In this document: positions 1 to 10,376 of the stretch, piece by piece
How the letters are laid out: each line of letters begins with the position of its first letter
Position numbering within the stretch: the stretch's first letter is position 1
Origin: Deltaproteobacteria bacterium
GTDB taxonomy: Bacteria > Desulfobacterota > GWC2-55-46
DNA length: 64,000 nucleotides
Direction of reading: 5' to 3'
Assembly (NCBI GenBank): GCA_019912665.1
Contig: JAIOIE010000021.1
Span: 135,679 to 199,678 of the forward strand
The notes under the pieces: generated by a model
Database searches by the model: none
What the model was told of the DNA's origin: nothing
Seen by the model: only the letters and a program-made list of their open reading frames with translations
Made by a program: the position numbers and the translations under genes

Positions 1-652
1 GAGTCTCTGCCGTGTACGGGCTCATGGACTCGTCCACGAGCCTGAACTCGAGGACCGCGGTCTTCCCGATGAGCTGTATGGCCCTTTCAGGGTCCTTTAA
101 GCCCGGGAGCTGCACCACGACCTCGTTCACGCCCTGCTTCTGGATTATGGGCTCGGCCACCCCGAACTTGTCTATCCTGTTCCTTATGGTCTCAAGGGCC
201 TGGGAAAGCGACCACTCCCGTATGCGCTCGCTCTCGCCATTATCCAGGGTGAAAAGGAGCCTGCCGTTCTGGTCGGAAGGAGAGCCGAATACGCCCAGCT
301 CGTCCTTTACGGCCTTTGATATCTCCCCCTTTGATTTCTCGTCGGGGTATGCGACGGAGACGGAATCGAGCCCCTCCCGCGTGACGCTATAGAAGGCCAC
401 TCCCTTTCTCTTGAGCGCGTCCTCTACGGAGCCCGCAAGCCTCTGGGTATGGTTCTCCACGGCCTTGTCCTGGTCAACGTCAAGCACCAGGTGCATGCCG
501 CCCTGGAGGTCGAGGCCGAGGTTTATCTTGGGGATATTGTCAGCCCAGAACGAGGGAAGCCTCTTTGAGACCGGGGTAGAGGGCAGGAAAAGGACAAACG
601 CCAACGCCGTAAACCCGGCGACAAGGATGGTACGCCAAAAGATACTTCTCAT
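1..652 (-). CDS. secD: Protein translocase subunit SecD, N-terminal part (gene continues beyond the left edge)
   Basis: This ORF is absent from the ORF track because it runs off the edge. My minus-strand translation from the ATG at 652..650 gives MRSIFWRTILVAGFTALAFVLFLPS...NLGLDLQGGMHLVLDVD...ETIRNRIDKFGVAEPIIQKQG, a typical SecD N-terminus. It lies directly downstream of yajC. Confidence 0.85.
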   Translation of the reverse strand, partial: MRSIFWRTILVAGFTALAFVLFLPSTPVSKRLPSFWADNIPKINLGLDLQGGMHLVLDVDQDKAVENHTQRLAGSVEDALKRKGVAFYSVTREGLDSVSVAYPDEKSKGEISKAVKDELGVFGSPSDQNGRLLFTLDNGESERIREWSLSQALETIRNRIDKFGVAEPIIQKQGVNEVVVQLPGLKDPERAIQLIGKTAVLEFRLVDESMSPYTAET

Positions 653-737
653 TACATCTCCGAATGAAGCCGCTTCAAGCGGCCCGGAATAGCCGCCGCA
701 CGCCCTTTTGGGGCCATTTGCAGCGGACTCTCTTCAA

Positions 738-777
738 GAAAAACCGCCGCGCATCTCTTAGGGCCGGGGCGGCGGTC
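738..777 (-). terminator. Terminator-like hairpin between yajC and secD
   Basis: Read on the minus strand, ACCGCCGC ... GCGGCGGT forms an 8-bp GC stem with a large loop, followed by TTTTCTT. Confidence 0.35.
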
Positions 778-800
778 TCCGTTATTTTCTTTAAAATCCT

Positions 801-884
801 GGCAGTCTCTAAAAATTAGAGATACTTCACGCTTTTCCGTAACTACCCGGAGTCCGGGGAAAAGATCGATTTTTGGAGGTTGCC
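801..884. repeat. MITE-like palindromic repeat, short (internally deleted) copy 1
   Basis: It shares both ends with the copies at 12267-12404 and 44131-44272 (GGCAGTCTCTAAAAATTAGAGAT ... CCGTAACTAC..GAGTCCGGGGAAAAGATCGATTTTTGGAGGTTGCC). It ends 2 nt from the yajC stop codon. Confidence 0.7.
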
Positions 885-886
885 TA

Positions 887-1207
887 CTATGACTGGGGCT
901 TCCTGACAGTGACTGCCTCCTTCGAAACCTTTATTCTTACGCCCTCGGAGACCTCTACGGTCACGGTGTCCTCGTTCACGGCGGTTATCCTGCCGTGTAT
1001 GCCGCCGGAGGTGATTACGCTATCGCCCTTCTGGAGGGCCGATATCATCTGCTTGTGCTCCTTGGCCCTCTTCTGCTGCGGCCTTATGAGGAGGAAGTAG
1101 AAAATGACGAACAGGATTATGAGCGGGGCTATGCTCATGATGCCGGAAAGCGGCGAAGCCGCCGGCGCGTCCTGGGCATAAGCGGTTGCAACGGGGAAAA
1201 ACAGCAC
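887..1207 (-). CDS. yajC: Preprotein translocase subunit YajC
   Basis: The 106-aa ORF has one TM segment followed by LLIRPQQKRAKEHKQMISALQKGDSVITSGGIHGRI, the YajC signature. It sits in yajC-secD synteny. Confidence 0.9.
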   Translation of the reverse strand: MLFFPVATAYAQDAPAASPLSGIMSIAPLIILFVIFYFLLIRPQQKRAKEHKQMISALQKGDSVITSGGIHGRITAVNEDTVTVEVSEGVRIKVSKEAVTVRKPQS

Positions 1208-1278
1208 TATAATATCCTCCTTTTTTTGGCCGCCTCCGGAATCCGGAGCAACAGCCTTTTAATGCTTCTTACATGCGG

Positions 1279-2424
<1,146 letters not shown>

Positions 2425-2487
2425 TCAGATGCTCACAATTCGTATATAGAACCAGAAAACCGATGCGGAATATTATAGCAGACTTTT

Positions 2488-3513
2488 CTAACTGAGAAAC
2501 ATGGCGTCGCCGTAGCTGAAGAACCTGTACTCGTTACGCACGGCCTCCGTGTACGACCTGAGTATTAATTCCTTCCCCGCGAAAGCCGACACCAGCATTA
2601 TCAATGTCGAGCCCGGCAGATGAAAATTCGTAAGGAGCGCGTCCACCACCCTGAACTCGTACCCGGGGTATATGAAAAGCCCGGTAGAGCCGGAAAGATC
2701 CGGGCTTTCCAGCCCGTTCCTTGCGCTCGACTCAAGCGCCCTCGTGGTGGTCGTGCCGACGGCGACGACTCTCCGGCCCTCCTTCTTAGCGCTTACGACC
2801 TCGTCGAAGACCTCCCCTTTGATAAAATACCGCTCCTTCATCATCCTGTGCTCTTCTATCCTCTCCGAGCGTACCGGCATGAAAGTCCCGGGGCCGGTAT
2901 GGAGCGTTATGCTCCTTACGAGCACACCCTTTTTTCGTATCTCGTCCAGAAGTCCTGTCGTAAAGTGGAGCCCGGCGGTCGGGGCGGCTATGGCACCGTC
3001 CTCTCCGGCGAATACGGTCTGGTACCTCGTCCTGTCAGATTCGTCGGCCTCCCTCCTTATATACGGGGGGAGCGGGACATTTCCAACCCTCTCAAGGTCG
3101 ACAGGACTATTGAACCTCACTTTAAAGAGCCCTTCCTCATCCCTGCCGGTTATCTCGCCCTCGGTCCCGTCAAGGATAACGGTAGAACCCGGCCTCAACC
3201 CCTTGCCGGGTCTCGCCATGCACATCCATTCCTCGCTTCCGGAAGAGGATATCCTTTCGACCAATAGCAGCTCAAGCTTCCCGCCCCCTGCCCTCTTTCC
3301 AAAGACCCTTGTGGGGATGACCCTTGTATCGTTAAGGATAAGAAGGTCGCCGGACCTGAGATACCCGGGGAAGTCCCTGAAAGACCTGTGCTCCATGCTC
3401 CCGGTCTTTCTCGAGACGGCCATGAGCCTTGAGGCGTCGCGATCGGGAAGCGGGCGCTGGGCGATGAGATGCTCGGGCAGATCGAACAGGAAATCCTTAA
3501 GCTCCATACACAA
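2488..3513 (-). CDS. queA: S-adenosylmethionine:tRNA ribosyltransferase-isomerase
   Basis: The 341-aa ORF contains LPEHLIAQRPLPDRDASRLM...APTAGLHFT...VGTTTTRALES, a QueA pattern. It is adjacent to tgt. Confidence 0.95.
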   Translation of the reverse strand: MCMELKDFLFDLPEHLIAQRPLPDRDASRLMAVSRKTGSMEHRSFRDFPGYLRSGDLLILNDTRVIPTRVFGKRAGGGKLELLLVERISSSGSEEWMCMARPGKGLRPGSTVILDGTEGEITGRDEEGLFKVRFNSPVDLERVGNVPLPPYIRREADESDRTRYQTVFAGEDGAIAAPTAGLHFTTGLLDEIRKKGVLVRSITLHTGPGTFMPVRSERIEEHRMMKERYFIKGEVFDEVVSAKKEGRRVVAVGTTTTRALESSARNGLESPDLSGSTGLFIYPGYEFRVVDALLTNFHLPGSTLIMLVSAFAGKELILRSYTEAVRNEYRFFSYGDAMFLS

Positions 3514-3568
3514 GCCGTCCCTTATATTCTAAACAAAAGGAGAGTAGGATAAAATCTTTATTTTACGG

Positions 3569-4720
3569 CTAGTTACGAAAAGAGAGGCCCCGTTGGAGAT
3601 CGGTGCCCGGATAGAAGTGCCGGAGTATGTCCCGGTAGGAATACCCGTTCTCGGCCATGCCCTTTGCCCCCCATTGCGAAAGGCCTACCCCATGGCCAGA
3701 CCCCCTCCCCCTGAATATGAAAACATCGCCTTCCTTCGCCACCTCGAAAATCGCTGACCTCAAGCTCGAATAGCCCAGGACCTTCCTCAATTCCTCCCCT
3801 GAAAGCCAGGCGTCCCTGCCTTCGCGGTCGCGGACGCTCAATGTCCGTATCCTCGCGGCAGAGGTGGTCTCGATGATCGTAAGCTCTTGGGGCGTGCCTA
3901 TCTGATGGCCTGCCCTGGAGAGCGCCTCGCCAAGCGACTCGGCCGGGACCGCGAATTCCCAGAGATACTTCGGGGCCGCCTCGTCGAAGGGGCTTTCAAC
4001 CGGCACGAGATACGGATAGCCCTTGAGCCAGACCTCGCTCGCCGCTTCGGTCATTCCTCCGGCGTTTGAATGGTATACCGTAAGGGCCGGCTCGCCGTCG
4101 AAGACGAGTATCTCTCCCCTGGTATCCATGACCGCCCGTATCGAGGCGCTGTCCTCGCTCGATGCCCCGCCGTAGACCTGCCCCATGACCGAGCTTTCGA
4201 CGTGGTACGGGAGGTTCGACCTCTTCCTCATATTGTATACGGCATAGGTCCGGGCAATGATCGCCTGGGCTTTAAGCACCTCTTCAGGCCACCTGGAGGA
4301 TATCTCGTTATTGATTATCCCGGCCACATAGGCTTCAAGTCCTATTTCGTTTATTACAAGCGCCTGCCCGTTACTGGCCGCGACATCGAGAACGCCTCTG
4401 TAAGGCTTCCCGTTTACGGAGATGAACCTGCCTTTGGGAAAAATCCTTACCGGGAGCGTAGCCCTGGAACCGTTTAAGAGTATTGTGCCGTTGTTACCGG
4501 CCCGCACAAGCAAGTCGCCCCTGTCCGTGCCCTTCAGCTCGATCTGGCCGCCTGATTTGAGTATAAGGACCCTTACCTTCTCATCGCCGCCCGCCTGCCC
4601 TGGCGCCGCATGGAGGCAGCCTCCGATAAAAAGCGCAAGGACCCATATGAGCCTGAGCGGGCTTATCTTGAGGAATTCAGTCATTTTCCGGGATTTGTAC
4701 CAGGGACGGCGATACGGCAA
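3569..4720 (-). CDS. SpoIID/LytB domain protein (secreted, amidase-enhancer-like)
   Basis: The 383-aa ORF has a signal-like N-terminus and the motifs EAYVAGIINNE, LKAQAIIARTYA, TVYHSNAGGMTE and GHGVGLSQWGA. The start may be the internal MTEFLK. Confidence 0.8.
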   Translation of the reverse strand: MPYRRPWYKSRKMTEFLKISPLRLIWVLALFIGGCLHAAPGQAGGDEKVRVLILKSGGQIELKGTDRGDLLVRAGNNGTILLNGSRATLPVRIFPKGRFISVNGKPYRGVLDVAASNGQALVINEIGLEAYVAGIINNEISSRWPEEVLKAQAIIARTYAVYNMRKRSNLPYHVESSVMGQVYGGASSEDSASIRAVMDTRGEILVFDGEPALTVYHSNAGGMTEAASEVWLKGYPYLVPVESPFDEAAPKYLWEFAVPAESLGEALSRAGHQIGTPQELTIIETTSAARIRTLSVRDREGRDAWLSGEELRKVLGYSSLRSAIFEVAKEGDVFIFRGRGSGHGVGLSQWGAKGMAENGYSYRDILRHFYPGTDLQRGLSFRN

Positions 4721-4758
4721 AAGGTCTCACGGTATTCCGCATACTTACATCCGTGCGC

Positions 4759-4968
4759 TCAACGCCAGATGTCCTTGATGGCGAAAAGAAGGGTTATGCC
4801 TACCGCCATTATGATGAAGCCGAAGAGCCTCATCCTCTTCTCGGGGAGCCTGTGAAGGAACCCCGCCCATTCCTTTACCGCCCCGGGGAAACCGAAATAC
4901 GGGATGCCCTCTATTACGAGGACCGCCCCGAGTATCATGAGGATGAAGCCGAATTTTTCAGAAACCAT
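4759..4968 (-). CDS. DUF2065/YjeT-family small membrane protein
   Basis: The 69-aa ORF has two TM segments. Its VIEGIPYF..P...KEW...LP....RLFG pattern resembles E. coli YjeT. Confidence 0.7.
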   Translation of the reverse strand: MVSEKFGFILMILGAVLVIEGIPYFGFPGAVKEWAGFLHRLPEKRMRLFGFIIMAVGITLLFAIKDIWR

Positions 4969-5025
4969 TTCCAGTCTCTTTGGTTCAAGGCAGCTATTGG
5001 AGCCGCCTAAGCTTACTTGAAGGGT

Positions 5026-5379
5026 TTACCTTGCCTTGCAGTTGCAGAGCTTCCTGAGATAGTCCTTTAATTCGAGTATCTCGTTCTTTGAAAACGTTTT
5101 TCCGTACGGCGGCATGAGACTAGACTTGCTTGTCGCCTGCCCGCCGTCTGTTATGGCGTTTACTATGTCCTCGTCCGTAAGCTTCCCCATCTCGAGCGCG
5201 CTCGTGTGGTCTCTCGGGCTTACGGGCATCTCCCTCGTTGCGTTTATGCCGTTCCCTTTTCCCTCAAGGCCGTGGCACTGGGCGCAGTGGAACCTGTAGT
5301 TCTCCTCCGCGGTGGCGGCGTAAGATAAAGAGGCGGCCCCGAATGCAAGGAAAAGAGGCAAAGCGTAGAATTTCTTCAT
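5026..5379 (-). CDS. Monoheme c-type cytochrome
   Basis: The 117-aa ORF has a signal peptide and a single CAQCH heme-binding motif. Confidence 0.8.
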   Translation of the reverse strand: MKKFYALPLFLAFGAASLSYAATAEENYRFHCAQCHGLEGKGNGINATREMPVSPRDHTSALEMGKLTDEDIVNAITDGGQATSKSSLMPPYGKTFSKNEILELKDYLRKLCNCKAR

Positions 5380-6041
5380 CTAAGGCTCCCAACGTAAGAG
5401 GCAAGCCCCTTCATCTCCGCGTCGTTGATTATCCCGGCATAGACCGGCATCATCTTGACTGGCTTGAATACGGCGGGCTTTGAAAGATACGCATATATCC
5501 AGTCGGGGTTGAGCCTCTCGGAGGCCAGAGCGAGCGAAGGCCCCGAGAACCCGCCGACGATATTCCCCCTCGTCCTCACCTGGTGGCAGCCGTAGCAGGA
5601 ATATCTCCTTACGAAGGCGACCCTGCCTTTGGGGTTATCCACGGCGCGAATGCCGAGGGGCTTCGCATCGGCTGACTTGAGGCTCATGAGATAGGCCGCA
5701 ACGTCCGTTGCTTCCCGCCCGGAAAGCCGCGGGTGGTCGCCCCTGTTCCTCTCGGTAATGGAGTTATATGCCATGGGCCTTATGGGCTTCGGGTCAGCCA
5801 GCCACCTTTCGAGAAAACCGGCATTGAACTTGCTTCCTGAATACCACAATTCAGGGCCTTTTTTTGCGAGCTGGTCCTTTATTGTCTTTTCAGCGGCCGG
5901 GCCCGAGACCTGGTGGCATGTGGCGCATTTTCTGGCCTCGAACGCCTTTTTACCCTCAGGCACCCCGGCATGGGCGCCGGTCGATATGAACAGGGCTGCG
6001 GCAAGGACTGGAATGGCGGCTAAGTGAACGGCTCTACGCAT
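5376..6041 (-). CDS. Diheme c-type cytochrome
   Basis: The 221-aa ORF has a signal peptide and two CxxCH motifs (CATCH, CYGCH). It overlaps the downstream cytochrome gene by 4 nt. Confidence 0.8.
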   Translation of the reverse strand: MRRAVHLAAIPVLAAALFISTGAHAGVPEGKKAFEARKCATCHQVSGPAAEKTIKDQLAKKGPELWYSGSKFNAGFLERWLADPKPIRPMAYNSITERNRGDHPRLSGREATDVAAYLMSLKSADAKPLGIRAVDNPKGRVAFVRRYSCYGCHQVRTRGNIVGGFSGPSLALASERLNPDWIYAYLSKPAVFKPVKMMPVYAGIINDAEMKGLASYVGSLR

Positions 6042-6070
6042 CTTTACTCCGGATAATGATGTGCAGACTC

Positions 6071-6099
6071 ATGGTAACGGGCCGGGGTTCTTTTGTCAA
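6071..6099 (-). promoter_or_regulatory. Sigma70-like promoter for the cytochrome c pair
   Basis: On the minus strand, TTGACA (6099..6094) is followed by a 17-nt spacer and TACCAT (6076..6071). This is about 30 nt upstream of the ATG at 6041. Confidence 0.4.
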
Positions 6100-6147
6100 G
6101 GGTTTTGAGGCTGAAAAGCCCTTTCAAAACACGGGCTTCTGGATAGG

Positions 6148-7620
6148 TCAGATGATTTCGTACCTCTCCTGGTGAAACCTCTCGACCGGCTTTATCAGGA
6201 CCTTTTTCCCGAACTTACGCTCAAGGTCCTGCATGGGGGCAGGGTCCTCCTTTAGGCGCTCGGATATGGACGGGCTCACGTAGATGGTCGCCTTTTTCTT
6301 CCTCAAGGGAAGCTCCCTTGCAAGCTCCCTGTAAATGTCCATTATTATGGTGTCCTTGGCCTTTATCTGGGCGTTACCGTCGCAATACGGACAGGGCTCA
6401 CAGAGCGACTGCGAGAGGCTCTCCCTCACCCTTTTCCTCGTCATCTCGACTATACCAAGCTCGGAGATCTTCAATATGTTGGTGCGGGCCTTGTCGGCCT
6501 TCAAGGCCTCCTTCAAGGTGTTATATACCTTCTCCCTGTCGGATTGCCTTGCCATGTCTATGAAGTCTATTACAATAATGCCGCCTATGTTACGGAGCCG
6601 GAGCTGGTAGACTATCTCCTTTACGGCCTCGAGGTTCGTCTTGACGATAGTGTCCTCGGAGCTCCTTTTTCCGACGTACTTTCCTGTATTGACGTCAACG
6701 GCCGTAAGGGCCTCCATCTGGTCTATCACGATGTGCCCGCCCGAGCGGAGCCATACCTTCCTTTCGAGCGCGTCCGTAAGCTCTATCTCCACGCCGCGGG
6801 CGTCGAAGATGTCCTCCTTGCCCTCGTAGAGCTCCAGCCTTCCGGCGAGGTGCGGCATGAACTCCTCGAGGAACTTCTTCGCCCTCTCGTACTCGTCCCT
6901 GGAGTCTATGACGAGCCTTTCTATGTCCTCGGAAAAGAGGTCCCTGATGGTCCTTAAGGCAAGGTCGAGCTCGGCCCAGACCAGTCCCGGGGTCCTCACC
7001 TCTTCCTTCTTCTTCAAGATGGCCTTCCAGAGCTTTATGAGGAACTCCATGTCGGCCTGCACGTCTTCCTTCTTCATGCCCTCGCAGACGGTCCGTATGA
7101 TGAAGCCGTAGCCGGGCGGCCGTATGGAAGAGACTATCTCGCGGAGCCTCTTTCTCTCCTTCTCGCTCGATATCCTCCTGGAAATGGCGATCTTGTCGTA
7201 GGTGGGCATGAGGACAAGGTAGCGGCCCGGGAGAGAGGCATAGGAGGTCACGCGGGCGCCCTTTGTGCCGATGGGCTCCTTAGCGGCCTGCACCATTATC
7301 TCCTGGCCTTCCTTCACTATGTCCTGGATGCGGACGTTAGCGTGGCGCTTGTGCTCCTCCTCGTCCTCCTCGAAGCCCTCGGGCGGCTCCTTTATGTCCG
7401 AGACGTGGAGGAACGAGGTCCTCTGGATGCCTATCTCCACAAAGGCGGACTGCATGCCCGGAAGGACCCTGACAATACGGCCCTTGTAGATGTTCCCGGT
7501 TATGCCCCTGTCCTTGGCGCGCTCCACGTAAAACTCGGAGAGCCTGCCCTGTTCGATAAGCGCCACCCTCGTCTCAAAGGGGTTCGAGCTTATCACAAGT
7601 TCTGTTTTGGTTGTTTTCAT
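6148..7620 (-). CDS. rng: Rne/Rng-family ribonuclease (RNase G)
   Basis: The 490-aa ORF has an N-terminal S1 domain (GNIYKGRIVRVLPGMQSAFVEIG), the catalytic region VIDQMEALTAVDVNTG and a CPxC pair near the C-terminus. Confidence 0.9.
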   Translation of the reverse strand: MKTTKTELVISSNPFETRVALIEQGRLSEFYVERAKDRGITGNIYKGRIVRVLPGMQSAFVEIGIQRTSFLHVSDIKEPPEGFEEDEEEHKRHANVRIQDIVKEGQEIMVQAAKEPIGTKGARVTSYASLPGRYLVLMPTYDKIAISRRISSEKERKRLREIVSSIRPPGYGFIIRTVCEGMKKEDVQADMEFLIKLWKAILKKKEEVRTPGLVWAELDLALRTIRDLFSEDIERLVIDSRDEYERAKKFLEEFMPHLAGRLELYEGKEDIFDARGVEIELTDALERKVWLRSGGHIVIDQMEALTAVDVNTGKYVGKRSSEDTIVKTNLEAVKEIVYQLRLRNIGGIIVIDFIDMARQSDREKVYNTLKEALKADKARTNILKISELGIVEMTRKRVRESLSQSLCEPCPYCDGNAQIKAKDTIIMDIYRELARELPLRKKKATIYVSPSISERLKEDPAPMQDLERKFGKKVLIKPVERFHQERYEII

Positions 7621-7659
7621 ACCCGCGATGGACGCTCTCCTAAGCGGGAAAGAGCGCCC

Positions 7660-10224
7660 TTACTGGACGGACCTGGTCTTCAAGATGGGGATTAAGGAGG
7701 CGGATTCCCTTGGCAGGCCGAGAAGGCACGCGAGCACGTCGTGAGGCCGGACAGACGCGCCCGAGGCCTTTTTGAGCGTAAGCCGGAGCGTCAGGCCGTC
7801 GATGCGGGAAAGCCCGTCAACGAGCGGCCTCAAGTCTATGTCCCTTGTCCTGCCTTCCTTTTCGATACTTACCGGAATGGAGTCCCTGCTAAGAAAATCC
7901 CTTAAAAACCCATCAATTCTTTCGGAATCTATATCCAAGCCCAAAGGGCCGTCCTTCAAAGTTATAATATACTCAGTCATGATACCAGAGGGGAGCGGAA
8001 GTTTCAAGGGCAAGGAAGAAGCTGAGAGGAATCTTATCCCCTCGGGCATCTCCCGGTTCAGACTCTCGACGAGCCCGGCCGGGTCGGTCTTTCCGGATAG
8101 CTCCATATCCATGTACTCGTCCATGGACTCGATTCCGACCGGCAGGGGCTGCCCGAACGAGAGCTTGGGCATGGGGTGGAAACCCTGCGAGTACCTTATG
8201 GGGAGGCCCGCCCTCCTTATGCCCCTTATGACCGCGGCCATGAGCTCAAGGTGGCCCAAGAGCCGGGCCCCGTCCGTTTTCGAATACCTGAGCCTCACAC
8301 GGAAGGCCTCTTCCGGCGGCAGAGGCCTCCGCTCATCAGCGCCATATTCCGCCCCGCCGGAGATAGACCTGGGCCTTATGGCCTTCCAGTCGCATAGGCC
8401 GCAGTCCGAGCATTTCCCTACCTTACAGTCCGGGGTCCCCGCAAGCTCAAGGGCCCTCTCGTACTCCTTTATAAGGAACTTCTTCGTTGCGCCCGTTTCC
8501 AGGTGCTCCCAGGGGAAGACCTCGTCAAAGGGCCTTCTCCTCCGGGTGTAGAACCCGGGGTCCAGGCCTGCCTCGGCAAGGGCCTCCTTCCATTTCGCGA
8601 AGTCGAAGAGCTCGCTCCAGCCGTCGAACCTGCAGCCTTTCCTGAAGGCGAGGAGGACCGCCTTAGAAAGCCTCCTGTCGCCCCTGGAGAATACCCCCTC
8701 CATGATGCTCATGTCCGCGTCGTGCCATTTGAAGCCGAGCTTTAGCTTCGTAAGCTCCCGGCGAAGGACCGCCTGCTTCTGAACCCCCTCCTCCATCGTG
8801 ATCTGCGGCTCCCACTGGAACGGAGTATGGGGCTTCGGGATGAATGAGGACGCGCTCACGTTTATCTGAGGCCATCTGCCGGACGCCTCCTTGCCGATAT
8901 TCTTGACGCACCCGGCAAGCCGGACTATCTGGAGGATGTCCTCTTCGGTCTCGGTCGGGAGGCCTATCATGAAATAGAGCTTTACCGAGCTCCAGCCGAG
9001 GGTGAATATGTCGCGGGCCGCGGCATGGAGGTCCTCCTCGGTTATGCCCTTGTTTATGAGCCGGCGCAGTCTTTCGCTTCCGGCCTCGGGCGCGAGCGTA
9101 AATCCTGTCTTCCTGACCTTTCTTATCTCTGAGGCTAGGGCCGAGCTCAAGGTGCCGACCCTGAGGGAAGGGAGCGATACCGCGATCTTCTCCTCGGAAA
9201 ACCTCCTCATGAGCCCTGAAAGGAGCGTTTCTATGTCCGTATAGTCGCCGGTACTGAGGGAAAGAAGCGAGACCTCGTCGTAGCCGGTATTGCTCAGGGT
9301 CTCGTCGATTATCCTCTTTATTAGCGCGGGCTCCCTTTCCCTTACCGGCCTGTATATCATCCCGGCCTGGCAGAACCTGCAGCCCCTTGTGCAGCCGCGC
9401 GCGATCTCGACGCTCACCCTGTCGTGGACGGTCTCCATGAAGGGCACTACGGGCCTCGTCGGGAGCGGAAGAGCGTTTATGTCCGGGACCGTCCTTTTAA
9501 TTACTCTCTCGTACCCTTCAAGGAGCGGGACTATCCTTCTTACCGTGCCGTCATCATGATATTCCGGCTCGAAGAAGGACGGCACATAGACGCCCGGTAT
9601 GCTGGCAAGCCTTTCAAGCGCCTCTTCCCTTCCCCCTCCCTTCTCCTTCCACTCGATTATCGCGTCCGCTATCTCGATTGCGGCCTCTTCGCCGTCTCCG
9701 AGAAGGAAAGCGTCGAAAAACTCGGCCACGGGCTCGGGGTTGAAGGCGACCGGCCCTCCCCCTATGACAAAGGGGTCTTCCTTCCCCCTCTCTTTCGCGA
9801 AGAGGGGGATGCGGCCCAGCTCCAGCATATTAAGTACGTTGGTATACGAGAGCTCGTACTGTAGCGAAAGGCCCAGTATGTCTAGTTCTTTCAATGGAAT
9901 GCCTGATTCAAGGGTGGATAGCGGCATGCCCCGCTCCCGGAGGAGCCTTTCCATATCGGCCCAGGGAGCGAACACCCTTTCGCACGAGATATCATCGCGG
10001 CCATTGAGGATCTGATATAGTATCTGTATCCCCAGATGGCTCATGCCTATCTCGTAGGCGTCCGGGAAGCCCAGGCCAAAGGCGAGCTTCACCTTCGAAA
10101 GGTCTTTCTTTACGGAATTGACCTCGCCGCCCATGTACCTTGACGGCCTTCTTACTAGTGGGAGGAGTTTTTTAATGTCAGTTGCCATTTCAAATATAAA
10201 TGCGTTTTTTATTCTGACGTGCAA
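7660..10224 (-). CDS. Radical SAM protein (TIGR03960-like) fused to a DUF2344/TIGR03936-like C-terminal domain
   Basis: The 854-aa ORF has the radical SAM motif ARGCTRGCRFCQAG. The C-terminal ~230 aa (FRVRLRYSKTDGARLLGHLELM...) resemble the radical-SAM-linked DUF2344 family. The start may be the internal MATDIKK at about 10188. Confidence 0.8.
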   Translation of the reverse strand: MHVRIKNAFIFEMATDIKKLLPLVRRPSRYMGGEVNSVKKDLSKVKLAFGLGFPDAYEIGMSHLGIQILYQILNGRDDISCERVFAPWADMERLLRERGMPLSTLESGIPLKELDILGLSLQYELSYTNVLNMLELGRIPLFAKERGKEDPFVIGGGPVAFNPEPVAEFFDAFLLGDGEEAAIEIADAIIEWKEKGGGREEALERLASIPGVYVPSFFEPEYHDDGTVRRIVPLLEGYERVIKRTVPDINALPLPTRPVVPFMETVHDRVSVEIARGCTRGCRFCQAGMIYRPVREREPALIKRIIDETLSNTGYDEVSLLSLSTGDYTDIETLLSGLMRRFSEEKIAVSLPSLRVGTLSSALASEIRKVRKTGFTLAPEAGSERLRRLINKGITEEDLHAAARDIFTLGWSSVKLYFMIGLPTETEEDILQIVRLAGCVKNIGKEASGRWPQINVSASSFIPKPHTPFQWEPQITMEEGVQKQAVLRRELTKLKLGFKWHDADMSIMEGVFSRGDRRLSKAVLLAFRKGCRFDGWSELFDFAKWKEALAEAGLDPGFYTRRRRPFDEVFPWEHLETGATKKFLIKEYERALELAGTPDCKVGKCSDCGLCDWKAIRPRSISGGAEYGADERRPLPPEEAFRVRLRYSKTDGARLLGHLELMAAVIRGIRRAGLPIRYSQGFHPMPKLSFGQPLPVGIESMDEYMDMELSGKTDPAGLVESLNREMPEGIRFLSASSLPLKLPLPSGIMTEYIITLKDGPLGLDIDSERIDGFLRDFLSRDSIPVSIEKEGRTRDIDLRPLVDGLSRIDGLTLRLTLKKASGASVRPHDVLACLLGLPRESASLIPILKTRSVQ

Positions 10225-10231
10225 ACAAAAA

Positions 10232-10318
10232 CCATTTTGTGCGTTGCCGCGCGCTTTGGTGTTGCAGGGCTCCGTTCGCTTTCACCCTCCAGCCCTATGC
10301 TCGCTCCGCCCTGCACCC
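10232..10318. repeat. REP-like palindromic element (possible family 2, copy A)
   Basis: The inverted repeat TGCAGGGC (10263-10270) / GCCCTGCA (10308-10315) encloses GAGCGAGCATAGGG and GAAAGCGAACGGAGC motifs (read on the minus strand). The tail resembles 37010-37050. Confidence 0.3.
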
Positions 10319-10376
10319 GTGTATCTGGAAAACAAATAGATACGGATTCTCAGCTTAAGTTGTTTTTGATGCGGAA

